Positions 12,801 through 25,976 of a DNA stretch of 64,000 bases are shown piece after piece. Each line of letters starts with the position of its first letter. The first letter of the stretch is position 1. The position numbers and the translations under genes are program-made. The notes beneath the pieces were generated by a model that had not been told where the DNA came from, searched no databases, and saw nothing but the letters and a program-made list of their open reading frames with translations. The stretch is taken from the NCBI GenBank assembly GCA_030141605.1, contig JAQGDQ010000307.1, positions 218,425 through 282,424 on the forward strand, read 5' to 3'. The stretch is from Tubiluchus corallicola (Eukaryota; Animalia; Priapulida).

Positions 12801-15800
12801 ACTGACAAATTAGTTAAAGCTATTTCGGCTAAAAATGTCACACACCAAATTTAAATTACAGTGGCCGCCGCTTATTGTGGACACCTAGGGCCAGCAGTGT
12901 ATGTCCATATTAAGCGGCTGTCCATATTAAGCGAAGTGACCCATGAAGACCCTTCCCCTTCATTAAAAAAGGCAAAAAACTGTCTGTATCAACTCGTCTC
13001 CTGTTGTATTGAAAAAAAGAAGTCAGACGAGTTTGTTTGGCAGGAAACTTTTCTCTCAACCTTGAACGGAAGGAAGTTATCACAGTTTCGAAGCTCTCAA
13101 GGCCACGGCAAACGGCGAACTGACTGATGCAATGACTCACACAGGCAGCAGAGCGGGAAGCTCTTTTCAATGACGCGCGCAGGCCGTGGTTGGCACGGCT
13201 CGTTCACGTGCCAAGAATGTTCGCTGTCCATATTAAGCGGCGGTTGTCCATATTAACCGGCGGATTTTATTAGGGGAAAATTCCGTCCCTCGCGAGTTGT
13301 CCACAATAACCGGCTGTCCACAATAACCGTGTCCATAGTAAGCGGCGGCCACTGTATTACTAAACACATTTTTGTGTAACACTTTGTGTAATACAAATTT
13401 AAAAATTGTAAAAATGTAACTACACTAAGCATACCTTCTTCTGCAGTTGACGGAACATCTTCTTTAAAAGCCGGGTTGTCATGAGCCAGAGGACTTTCCT
13501 TGCCAATGTGTGCATGGGCCTTGTGTGGAATGCAGCTTAATCTGCGTGCTGCTCCAGGCATCAAACTTAAGCTTTAATTAAGCAATGTTAAAAAGTTTCA
13601 ATACAGCAGCCAAAGGTAACTGGTGTGCGATTCAAAGCATAGAAATAAAATAATGAAAAGGTTATCATGCTGTTACTATAAAAATAAAGAACAAAAATAA
13701 TTCGTATTGAGTCAATTAAATTCTGTCTGTTATTTCTAGTTTTTCTTTTTTTTTCAATTGTTTGGGTCAAAATAAGCCATCTGGTGATGTGAGTAAATCT
13801 AGTTAAAAGGCTAGATATCAAATTGCACTGCAAAGACAAAAACCTTTGAAGAATTTGAGCTAGGGGGAACGCTGTGTCGAAGTAAAAGTCACGCAGAGGC
13901 AAAGCTAATAATGCCTGCAGTCCTTAAAATAATAAGCAAGTGAAAATTGTTGGCAAGCCACTGCCAAAAAATGGCTTGCAGATTATTTATCTCATTAATT
14001 GTTTGTTCATAATTAATTAATGTTTGTACATACAGCAAGTCAAAAATAAATCAAAATCAAATAAAAACAAATTCTGTTAATGGAAATATGTGAATGATTA
14101 ACATTTATCTGAAAAGTGCAAAAAAAGTTACAGTGAAGTTATTCAAGCCAAAAATGTAACTTTTACTGTTAGGTAATAAAATATTCAATATTGTGCCATA
14201 CCGCTGTGCATAGATACTCCCACGTGGTGCTATGCTCTGCCTCATCGCAGCACTAGGATGACCTGCATATATGCTTACTCTTGGCCCGTAAACACTTGGA
14301 CGTGGTGCAAACATGCTCTGTCGTCTCGCACTGGGGAGTTTTTCTTGTTCCTCTTTTAATCTTTGCTGATACACTATAAAGAAACAAAATATACAAGCAA
14401 TGCTAAGCATTAAGCACATATATATTTGACATGAATTAGACAATAAGTATAAAGTGGTATTTACTACAACACATGTGCGAGAAAAATATAATGATAAAAA
14501 ATAATACTTCAATGCTTTAACTGGATTTATTACATACGACAAAAGTTTTGTATCAAGTTATAGCAAATTCATTGTGACCAGCTAATCTTTTTTTCAATAT
14601 TTTGGTAGGACAGGAACCCTTTGTTCATGTTAAGGATAATCCTCTGAGCTAGCAGAGGTGTATTAACCTACTGAAATGTGCAAACCTTTCTCGAGAGGAA
14701 TATAGCTGGAGGCCATATGGCAAATGAGCCACCTATAAACAGTTTTCTCTGTGATAACTCACACACTTACTAACCAAGCTTGGCAATGCCTAATTATCTT
14801 TACCACTTTTTATTAACATGTCTGACTGTTAGCTAGAAACTGAGAGGCATTTTCCAATCTAATATAACACTTCACTTCGCCTGATGTTCAGGAATCAGAA
14901 TGATAGTTCATGGGAGCAGGAACAGACCATAAAAGTCTTTTGCATTTCAAAATGTGAGGTAGTTGACTATAGAAGAATGAGGCACCTTGGCTGGGTTGTT
15001 TTTCATATCACAACATGGCAACGTAACAGGGGCGGATTAAGTATTTCGTGGGTCTAAAGCTATCAAGAAATGAAGGGCTTAAACTTACTGGCTGTGCACA
15101 ACTGCACATCCAATTGTGCTGTATGGCTGACACTGAAATTTATTCGCATGGAATATTTCAGCACAAAATCGCATGTATTTGATTAAATATTCACTTAAGA
15201 ATAAACTCATGTGCAGCTCACATTGCTATCAAAATTCTGAGACGCTATTAAAAAGTAGAACTGTTCTTGCATTTTATATAGACTTATCAACAACTTTTAC
15301 TGTTACTCGCAACGAATGGAAATGATTTCGTTTTTCATGTCTTTACGCCTGGAATAAGGTTAACCAAAAGGCGAGCTGCTGTTCGTCATTCAGAAATGCT
15401 GATTCTAAACAACTGGACAATAAGAAAGATGCTGCACATGTGCTACTCTTAAAAGTGTCAAATGCTTGTGTCTAAATGAAATGACCTCTGCAGCCAAATA
15501 ACCTATGTCCAGAACAGACAGTCCCAAATTGCCTCTGTGGCAAAGCATCCTATGTCTAAATGTGTGGGTCTATAGTGAAAAATGTAATATTTTGTGTACA
15601 ATATTGACCAATAGCTCCAGTGTTGACTGGCAATGTACAAAAAAGAAAAACAAATATATTTGTCTCCTGTTTACTAAATAGCATCAAAATTTAGCGCCTC
15701 AGGCTATTATAGCCTGCATCAATTTTCACTTTTTGTCACTGTGTTTTCACCTACTTATATGGCAAGTTGGCAACACATTAACCACAACATCTATAACTAA

Positions 15801-18800
15801 AGGTCCTAGAACAGGAATGGCTCACTTATGCAGTGGGGACATTTTAAGTTCCTGTTCAACACCATTCTAGGCCAAAGGTCACATATGATACAGACTTACA
15901 ACTTTACAAGTTTTTAAGAGATTTTATTCAAGATTTCACAGCAGTGACAGCATATCACAATTACATCCTTAATCCATCACTGCACAGTGCATCAAATCAG
16001 CTAATATGATAACACAGTTACTACCTATTACGTCTAGTACTAATTGCTATTTATAGGAAAACAAGCTGCCAGTGTTTATGAAATGTACACAAACTTATGG
16101 AGATATTTTAGATTATAAAGTGATATGATTATGGGTAATTTATTTAATTAAATTTTGATGACAATAGAGAATTTAAGTGATATAAATCCTATATAGAGTA
16201 ATGGAGTTTGTTTTATATATAATGTCACATAACTTTATCACATAATGAGTATGTTTTGAGCCTGGGAACTTGCACGAGGCAAAGGAGACTTAGGGCACCA
16301 ACACACCTTAATCAGGCCTTGAGTGGGAATCAGGTGTTTTAACAGCTAAATTTTGTTTGTTATTAGTAAACCCCCTACAATAAAGCTTACATAATTTTTG
16401 CATAATATGCTAACACAACATTATACAATCACACTTACTAAATGGCGTGTATATACATATTCATATTGTATGATAACAACACACATTTAAGTACAACATA
16501 AAAGAAACGTGAAACTGAAAAACTTTGACAAAAAATATTAAAACATGAAAATGCAGACTCTAAGCAAGACACACGTATAAAATCTACTGCATGATCTGCA
16601 GTCTTACTGTAATATGGATCCAAGTTTTTATCTCCTTCGTCTGGCATGTCTCCTGCCATGACGTCAAGAGTCATAACGAGAGCCTTACCGATTCCACCTG
16701 CCGTGAAAAAAAACAGAATTCACTTAATTATTATAAGGTCTTTTCAACAAAAATGGAGAAATCTTCATTCTTGTTAAATAGAGTTTCATGCATTTTCCAT
16801 TATTGACTGATTTGTGTCTGTATTGCAATTTAGTTTTTCAGCAAATGCTGCTCCTCACAACGACAGGTCAGCATAATCGAAGCACATGCCTTTTGCACAA
16901 TCAAATCCAGTGCACCAATAAATATTAGAGTATATATTCACTAACAAAATCACCAATGTGAATAGAAGCAAAGCCTGCAACCTACTACATGTATGAAGAC
17001 AATATCATGTAGTTTTCCCTGTAAAGTGCAATTTCTTTTCGTAATGACTAACAATTGCCAGACTTGTTACGGTCTTGAATACTTACGTAAATCTTTATCT
17101 GCTTTCTCCCGAACAACCAAACGTTTAAGATGCTTTGCCATGACAACAGCAAACACGTAAAATAAATACATTGCAATGAAACCTGAAACATATGCGCATT
17201 AATGATTACATTAACTACACTTGTAAAAATAATTTTAAAACAAGAGCAACTTCACATCAACTAAGTGCCAAGAATTGCCAACAAAATCATATTTGACTCT
17301 GCTGTTAACAATTCTTCTAACAGTTCTCCACATTTTAAACAATAAACTTGTTTCGTGTTTCGATAAAACAGTTATGCCCAAGTTTTTACAAAAGCTGTTG
17401 GAAAACTGCCCAATTATATAATCATAATATAAGAATAATGCTTATCACTCTCAAATCAGTCTTTTTAAAAATGTAGAATGCTTCTTAAATGCTTTGGTGT
17501 CAGTATCTATGTTAGTGGTAAACTAAGAGCCACTCAAGATGTTATTTAAGGCTACCAACCAAATATAGTGTTGAATGCTCGGTGATTTCATATGCCTTAT
17601 AATGTATTACACATCTTTCAACAGCTGAAACTTTTTATAATAAATATTATTATTTTATAATACAATTTATTATTAAAACAGAAACACCACCACAATGCAC
17701 TTTATACTGATACAAGATTCTATTTATTGGAGCTATGTTTAAAACCACCTAAAAAATAACAACACTGTAGTCATTATTGTTTTATTTTTATTTTCAAATC
17801 AAATGCCTTATCGCAATAATTTCAAGAGAATTTAAGAACCTTATTAATTCTTATGGTCTTACATGAGCAACCATAACATTTTTATTGATTCTACTGTGTA
17901 TTTCTACTGTGGATGTATGGCAAGAATGATCTTAATTAAAAACATCTAACACAATCTGAACAAATATTACAATTCATTTCACTGTACAATGTATATACAA
18001 TACAAAGACATTTAATTACTACCACTATTTCTGTTACCTGCTGACTGCCAAACATCAATTCGACCTACGAACAATACGGTCCATGTCCAGTATATTGCAA
18101 TCAAATAAAATGTCAAGTCTCGCATGAGAGGTCTTTGAGCCAGGTAAAATGGCTTCAACACAGCTATTGTTCCAGCAACAACAGCAGTGACGAACATTGC
18201 AGCACCTAAAAATGAAGAAAGTAGAGCCTCAGCGAGAAAATTAATTAACTTTCCGGCTGAAGCTAAGTGTCACTAGTGTTTAAATTTTTTCTAACCAACC
18301 ACCTATAATTTTAGATTTTTTTCAAAAAAATTATTTCAGTAAATTGACAAAATTATACTGATTAAAAAATTGATGTAAATTTTTGCCAAGCACCTTTTAC
18401 GTTAGCCTTCTAGTTAGCATACCACATTCTCTTTAAAAAAATTAACAGAAGTTTTAATAGCTACATTTGCATAGATTCTCTATATTAGTTGATTTCGTCA
18501 GACAGCCAAAATTTTTGCTGATTCTACTGCATTCACTCACATTTCTTAATGTCTAAGTCTGTAACTGAAAAAAACTTTTGTAACCAAAATCAACTCAACA
18601 ATTCGCTTAAAAAATCTGTGTTTGCGTGTGCTCAAAATAAAATGTTCAATTCATCATGTAAAATCATTTGTGAGGATACTACTAGATAACATCATTTGTT
18701 TGATTTATTTTTAGTATGCCAAGAGAAAGTGACGTCAGCCATCATTAGCTGTAAATTTGATCTTTCAATTAGAAACAAACCACAGAGGGTGAAATTCAAA

Positions 18801-21800
18801 TAGCCGGAACAAAAATTATTAAATGCATAAACAATTATTACACATTATTATGTAAATCACAGCTGGTGATTAGTGACCAGTACTGTAAAGACCAATAGTC
18901 TCATCTACATTAGCTGCATTAGACTGCAACAAGCACCAACATGGCAATTCACCACTTGATAAGGATAAATCTTACCAAATAAGGATCCAATTGCCATGCC
19001 TGGATCTTCTTCTGAAGCACTAATGGCCGCTATGGCTGAAAATATGTCAGGCGCACCATTTCCAAAAGCCAAGAACGTCACACCGTAAGAATTTATTAAG
19101 GTCCACATTAAAATAGTAGCTGGGATAATAAAACCAATTTCTCACGAATTCAAAAAGAAAATTAATGGATTCAAAACATGAAAATATCTGTCGCAACAAT
19201 GAGAAAATTCAAGAATGTTATTGTTTACTAAAACAGAAGAGCAACACAAGGATTGTTAGCTCAGCATCACAATTTAATTTTATTCAGAACTTAGTCCAAG
19301 GTGAACTTAACAAATATTCAAGTATAACAAAATTGAAGGCATGTTCACCATGCACCTGGCCAGCAATGCAACCATCAAAGTCACTACCAAAGACAGAAAA
19401 TAAATAAAACTGGTTCTTTGTGATGGTAACGCATATTAAGCAATGCTCTATTAAAATGAGTATTCCTCTTTAGTTCTTTAAATTCTGTAGTTGGGTTATG
19501 TTTTAAAGAAAATTAGCAATATTTTCAAACTCCAATTCGCAGTATTAAATTTTATAGCTACTTAGTTATCACTAATTGACTTAAAACTTGCGGCAAAAGG
19601 ATATAGCAACATTCTGACTCAGATTCATTGTGTCAGAAATAACAGCTAAACATGGACAAAAACTGAAAAAACAAATAAACAATACTGATTAGTCTAATTC
19701 ATTAATTTTGAACATAGAAGCTGAAAGGCATTTATGGCTAGAATGTCTAAAGAGTTGCTCGGCATCACAAGTACATGGCTCCGTAGTACAGCATGCACAT
19801 TTTGAATATACGGCTAACAGTTCAAATACACATTTGATTCAAAATTTTTATCATTTCGTTTCATTTTCCTCAAGGTACTACATGAAAAGCTCATTAACTT
19901 TTTCACTAACTATAATAGGTTCTGGTCATCATTTAACTTTAACAGTTAAATGATTTTTATTTAATAAACAATTTCACTAATAAATAACAATAATTTTATT
20001 GTACTGAAATGTGCTACAATTAACTGTAAGTCATAGTCTGCATGTGTGAACACACTATTTAGTCAGAGTTCCCATGATCCCCTGATTCCCCTGTTTGACC
20101 GAAAACCAAAAATTTTTGTCATCCAAATTTTGAGCAGAAAGATTTCCACATAGACTTCCAAATGATCACATGTGCCAAATGCTGAGGTTTACAGCCACAT
20201 TCAACAATTTTGCAATTCCAACCTGTGACCTTCGAGCCCAGGATTTTTGCAGACCGTTGCTTAAAAATTGTCATCCACCACCTAACACCGATACCTGACA
20301 CAATCTAGAACAAAACCTGCCTCTACACAGGACAAGCCTGCCCTTATGACACTAAAGTTGCAATTCTTTGAAGTACTCAATACTGGAGGAAAACACTGTT
20401 CCAGGAAGGGGAATTTGTTGACTTGTCAGTAAGTAATGGATCACTCTAATTCTTCACATTGAGTTGACTTGGGTCTTCCCCCAACCCCATAGCTGCTGGG
20501 CAGCTGTTGATGTTTTTACCTATTTGCCACTGTTCTGGATATACTCTTATGATGATCTTTGACCATGACTGTTTAACTAATGCTTTCTCGCACCAAAAAA
20601 CTCAATGCTTTCTAACTAGCTTAACTCAGACTGTAGACAGAGACTAAAGACGTGACAGTTTAAGGCATTCAGGTTGCCTGAGCCAGGGGACTTAAATGAA
20701 GTACAATATGCAACACTACCTAAAGTTATGTCTTACAAGTATAGATAACATAAAACACATAATAGTAGTAGAATAATAAAAAAATGATTAATCTTAAAAT
20801 TAAAGCATGATTTTAGACACACTATATATTATTATTCATAAACACTTACTATTCATCAGCAGTGATTCCCAAAGCCATAAATAATATAATCAGCAAAATG
20901 ACCTGAAAATATATAAAAAACATCTGGGTGAACTAACTGCTAATAGCTGCTGCATCTATATAACATCTACTTCTGTGACATCCATGAGACAGGGGATAAT
21001 AAGCAAGCAACAGCATGTTCATATTTGTTTAGATATAGATCGCACTCTCAATAACAGCATTATTTTTTTATGTTGGAGTATCATTCTCCTTTATGCGTAA
21101 TCTCAAATACTGAGCACTGCTTACCAACTAGAAAAAAGTTGTGCAAAAAACATGGACAATCAAGATAAACACAGACAAGACCAATGTAACATCACAATCA
21201 CTGTATCTAAGACAAAAATTGCAAATTTAAACAAATTTATTTTCAGCAAATGCAGAAAACAGATTTCAAGTAAAATATGAAAAATATATGAAAATGTGCA
21301 TGAAAATGTACTTTGGATATTAATGCCAAGAAGCAGGTCTAGATGCAGATAATAAGATTAAACTAAGTCGTCGTAGCGGACAGACGTGGATGGACAGAAG
21401 GAAATTATTTTAATTACTCTAAATTTAAATTTACATTGTATTTTCATCATACTTGTTTCAACTTTTGTATAGTGTTGCCATCTTCAGGCATAATTGTTAA
21501 AATTGTTAAACCTTTCTCTCACTGTTTTAAATTTCATTGGCTTCTACAGCCGTCATGCATGCGTAATTTCTAAACCTGTTTTCACACCTGAATTGATTTG
21601 GTCACTTGTTTATAGCCTTTCGACATGACACTACTTCACTGATATGTCAACACTACTTCCGAATAAAATCTTGAAACTAATTTTTTTTTTTTTTGGTTTC
21701 TTCGAGCCAATGTCTAAATGCATGAATTTATAACCAACTGCATTGCTGCAGTAGACAAAGAACAGCAAAGCAGTACTTACCAATAATGTCATAATAAGAC

Positions 21801-22624
21801 CTAGTTGATCCTGATAGTCACAGTAGATCATTGGAAGATAATCCAGGAAACCATCATCAATTACGCAATCACTTGTGTTCCGAATAAACCAGCAAACTCC
21901 TGCTGGATCCAATATATCATTATCATGGAAACTGCGACACTAAATGATAAACAAAAAATAGGTTTACAATAAAAAATATGAAACAAACACTGAAAATATG
22001 CATGCAATTGCACATAAAACTTGATGAAATTAGTAGTAAATCTAATGACTTGAGATTTTTTGGTATATAAGAATAGCAGCCTGATGATGCACCAAAGGTA
22101 AAAAACGGCAAATTTTGGAGTATGTTTCTAAAAAGTAGGCAAAATAATACTGGCTAGCAAAACTTACTATTTTGAAAGCCTTGGATTAGAAGACAATGTA
22201 CATTGCTCGGCAAGTAAGCAGTAAGAATGGCTTAATAAATACCCAAATAAAAAACATGCAAGTATCTAAATCAAAACAAACAAACCAAAAAAACAAATAA
22301 ATGAATAAACAAACAAAAACATAAATACAAATATAATGGCAACGATTCTAGCAAGTGAGAATTTAAAACACGTTTTCATACCTCAACCTCTTCCTCATCA
22401 TTTGCGTAGACATCTTTCTTCATGCTAGACACAATCCGATCACTTCCCAATAATGATCGAGACAAATATCCGGAAAAGCCTTGCAACTTCACCTCATTGT
22501 TAACAGATTTACCATTCGACCATGTTAAGAATATGGTAGAAAAACCAACAAATGCAACAGTCATAACACACATTTGCAAAAATCGCTTTTGTCGGCGATA
22601 CGTTCTAGGAATATATGTCGCCAT
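3975..22624 (-). CDS. SLC8B1: Mitochondrial-type sodium/calcium(lithium) exchanger NCLX (SLC8B1/CCX family), about 22 coding exons, about 949 aa
   Basis: Exons in transcript order: 22624-22382, 21939-21781, 20902-20850, 19662-19605, 19084-18976, 18205-18038, 17182-17087, 16697-16575, 14373-14202, 13571-13435, 12432-12337, 12031-11963, 11448-11311, 10831-10654, 10347-10268, 9465-9397, 8290-8124, 7560-7425, 6979-6864, 5870-5636, 5025-4958, 4154-3975. Total 2850 nt, in frame. Alpha-1 repeat NVAGVTFLAFGNGAPDIFS and alpha-2 repeat GLTFLAWGNSIGD...ACFGGPLFN are diagnostic of the CCX/NCLX clade. Loop exons (16697-9397) rest on splice signals and phase only. Confidence 0.92.
5026..5635 (-). other. 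U12-type GT-AG intron in NCLX
   Basis: On the minus strand the 5' site is TTTA|GTATCCTTTT and the 3' end is TTTTTTTAACCATGCCTTAG|ATCTT, with a branch-like TTTTAAC about 11 nt from the AG. The join restores GGPLFN-LLLGIG. Confidence 0.88.
7625..7708. repeat. 84-bp near-perfect palindrome in an NCLX intron
   Basis: AAATGTATTTGATAAACTGCAGTGATTTCAATAAGGCATATA|TATATGCCTTATCAAAATCACAGCAGTTTATCAAATACATTT: 42-bp arms, 3 mismatches, no spacer. Confidence 0.93.
9793..9838. repeat. (TA)n microsatellite
   Basis: About 23 TA units. Confidence 0.97.
12859..13354. mobile_element. Tc1/mariner-pogo-type MITE in an NCLX intron
   Basis: TA|CAGTGGCCGCCGCTTATTGTGGACAC ... GTGTCCATAGTAAGCGGCGGCCACTG|TA: 26-bp TIR with 2 mismatches, TA TSD, repeated subterminal TGTCCA(TAT/CAA)TAA(G/C)CG motifs. 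Confidence 0.92.
19085..19604 (-). other. U12-type (minor spliceosome) AT-AC intron in NCLX
   Basis: On the minus strand the 5' site is GTTGCT|ATATCCTTTT and the 3' end is GGACCTTAATAAATTCTTAC|GGTGTG, with a CCTTAAT branch motif close to the terminal AC. The join restores the conserved SQNVA|GVTFLAFGNG. Confidence 0.95.
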
Positions 22625-25600
22625 TTTGTGCAATTATTACAAAATAGGTGAAATAAGAAACGGTATAAATTACTATCAGCTGCAGTTTACACTAATGTAA
22701 TTTGTCTCAGCTGGAAGCATTGGTTAGTACTTGGTGGAAACAGAAACTTTAACAATTGTCTTTACTTTCTATATACAACATTAAAATTTCATTTGCAAGA
22801 CAAAAACTGAGGTTGATAAACCAAAGCACTTTTGATGCATTACACAGATTTATAATTTTAATGCACTGCTCAGAGTGAACAAACACTTTGAAAGCTTTAT
22901 AGAGTGTTTGAACGTGAAGCAATGAAAAATGTTTCGGCAACAAAGTAGCAAACTTCTTTGATAATCTAATAGCAGGAGATAAAAGAGGGGATGGCATACA
23001 GAGTCCTACTAACAGTTCTGAAATTGAAATCGCTTGACAGAATATTTGACAAATTATATCATAATTATTATAATTTGTCTGTGATCTAATTTGAAAATTA
23101 AACAAAAAACAAATTAAAAACTTGTAAACTTCTTTTAGTATCAATAAACATCCCTTCCAAACTCCCCTCTACGAATCTGCATGCGGCAACAGTACATCTT
23201 TATATGGAATTATTCAAAATAATCTCAAAGTAACACATAATCCATTTACAAACAAGTGTATGTATAAACTTGGATTAACTCATATATAGGGTACAGCAAG
23301 TGCAATTATACTATAAAAACTGTGAGATTACGATGTGTTGTTACAGTGGTGGAAAACAAATACATCCTTATGAACACTTAATATCATTTCCCTTATGTTC
23401 ACCAGTAGCCATTACAAATGTTCTTTGAAGCTATTACGTATTGTAGAAGAGTTAATGGTTTAATAAAATAATTATGTATTTACTATTATACTGAACTGTG
23501 CAAAACTTATGTAAGAATTTGCCTGGCAGAAGTTGTTTAGGCCTAATCACAAGATTGCAAATGTTATCCCATTCATGAAAATATACCAATAAATTTATTA
23601 TTTTGATAAATAGTACTGCATTTACTCATTCACCAAATTACTTTTCATTTCAGCTAATACTTTTTGTTCTATTTGCTGAATTCTTTGTATAAAATATTGC
23701 AGCAAATGTTGCTACGATGAGTTTTTGAGTAAGTGTACTGTTTGTGTTGACAATTAGCTTTCACCTTGAAATTGCATGTACATGTACTTGACATTTTGTA
23801 CCAAATGCACTTTAAAAAAATTTTGAATTTGCTTTAAATGGACTAGAGATCTTTTCCGCATTTCCATATTTCTGCTAGTAGCACTAGTGTTAAAATTCTT
23901 ATCGTATCAATTAATTTTATACAAGAACCCCTTGTTATTGCACTTAAAGAATTAAACAACAACAATATTTAAAATACAACTTGGTGAATTTTAATGTGCA
24001 AAAACAATTTTTCTAAAATTGCTTAAGAAACAACTTTTCAATAAATCTCGGAAATCACTAAATACAAGACTACAGCCATTATTGAAATTTTATATTATGG
24101 TATAAAAATGTATTATTGACAAATGTGTGTTTTGCTTATTTCCCAGTGATTTAAGAATTTCTGAAGAGCACTCAAAACTGCAAGGGTCAAGGAGTAAGAA
24201 AGCATAACCACAATTTTCTTGGTTGATTTTAAGAATTTCGCTAAAGATAAACATCTCAAAAATATAACAAATATAATACCAAACTTAAACATAAAAAAAT
24301 TTACAGATTCTTGTCAAAAAAAACGATTTACTGATTAGGAACAAGAAAGAATGAATAAGGACTAGTTTTAAACACTAAAAATCTAACTGCTAAATTCAAT
24401 AACTACTACCTACTACCATTCAAAATAACAACTCGTGATTGTCTCTTTACTGGAAATTGAACTCAAATCTAGTTAAAGTTTCATTTTTTAAATTTAAACT
24501 CAAATCAAATTCATAGTACTTATCCCAAACCAAGTCAAATGTAATCAAATACCCAATATGACATAGAACAAAGGCATTTTAGAAAGAGGATAGTCGTAAC
24601 ACCAAGAATCCAGGTAGAGCAAATATGGCAAAGTTTTGCTGCAATATCTTTACATACAGATATTTCACTGTGAAGGTAATTGAAAAGTGACTTTATATAC
24701 GTTTTTATTCAAGCTTAGTTGTGTTGAATATTAAGCTAACTATTTTGTATTAGCCAAGACAAAATGAGCTAAAGCTATACAATAGTTGACATAAGTTGAA
24801 ATATTACAGCTGAAAAGGATTTGAGATAGCAAAAAGTCTGTCTACAAAGACCTAAAAGAAAACATTCCTTATTGGCAGCTAACTAAGTGTTTACAACACT
24901 TTATCTGCCACTTTAATTTCAGCTACCTTACACAACTCATAATCCACCTTTAGGTTGTGGCTGTTTTTTGTCATTATTTGAACACTAGGCTAAGTGCTTT
25001 GAACTTCACAGTTGGGCTCTGTTATTTCTAAAAAGTATCAATGAAGTTTTTAGTTTCTAGAAGAGCTCAGAAAGCTCCAACCTACAGATAACAAATTTTT
25101 AGATAACTAAGCAGTTGACATTAATGATGCAAGTTACTACTCATTATACATTCAAGTCTTATACTTTATAGATTGCTTTAACTTCAATCTTTCCCATTTC
25201 CAAACTACTTCAAACCTTCATGTGCCTAAACTTCTTTGCGTTCAAACGTTAATATCTAAACCATAATGTGTCTATACTTCGATAACCTCTTTATATTTGG
25301 ACCTAAACCTCAATGCATCCAAAAACTGTGAACTTTCTGTGTGTCAAAAAAGTTTCTTGTCAAATTTGCATGCATTCTGAACAATTTTGGATACTAAAAA
25401 TACTACTAAAAAAATCTCTTTAATTAAACAACCCAAAAACCACACTTGCACTTAAGTTGCTACAAGCAATTTGGTTTATATGAGGCTGTTATTATCTAAT
25501 GTGACTGTCAAATGTAACACAAATACAGATTAATCGAGTAGGTGGTAGGTTAATATAAGGAGGTGTATGTGACATTAAAAATGTAAAATCGCCTCATCTT

Positions 25601-25976
25601 GTTTCCTTTCTTTAGGCCACAGCAGCACCATGTTTTTTAAGTCCCTGTCAGTTTTTAGGGTACTTTTTGACAGTAAGTTTAGCTCTCCTGCAGTGATTAA
25701 CACCATTTTACCTTCTAAGACTAGCAACTTCATGTAAACTTGGTAAGTCAGATGGCACTGCATTAACATTTTTCAAAAAATTCACTGCAAAATGAAACTA
25801 AGTTTGTTGAAAAAATATGTTCATACTTAAACCAAACAGATGTCTCAATATACTACTCAAGATAGTCAAGATAGGGGCATGAAAATTACTAACTCTTGTT
25901 AACTGAATACAACATTCAACAAAATTGAACATGCAGACCACTTGACCATAGTGAAATGCTTTGCTCTCATCAACAT

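Noticed and set aside
12861-13170. Overlapping ORFs as a possible transposase
   Set aside because: They lie within a 496-bp MITE and have no DDE or HTH motifs.
15028-16321. hAT element bounded by CAGGGGCGGATTAAG and CTTAATCAGGCCTTG
   Set aside because: The ends are only loosely complementary and no 8-bp TSD is visible.
22749-23144. 131-aa minus-strand ORF upstream of NCLX
   Set aside because: AT-biased composition, non-ATG start, no motif; likely a chance ORF.
25800-25976. Stop-codon readthrough extension of FN3K (open frame of about 59 codons after TAG)
   Set aside because: The protein already has the normal family length, the TAG-A context is not leaky, and the extension has no recognisable features.
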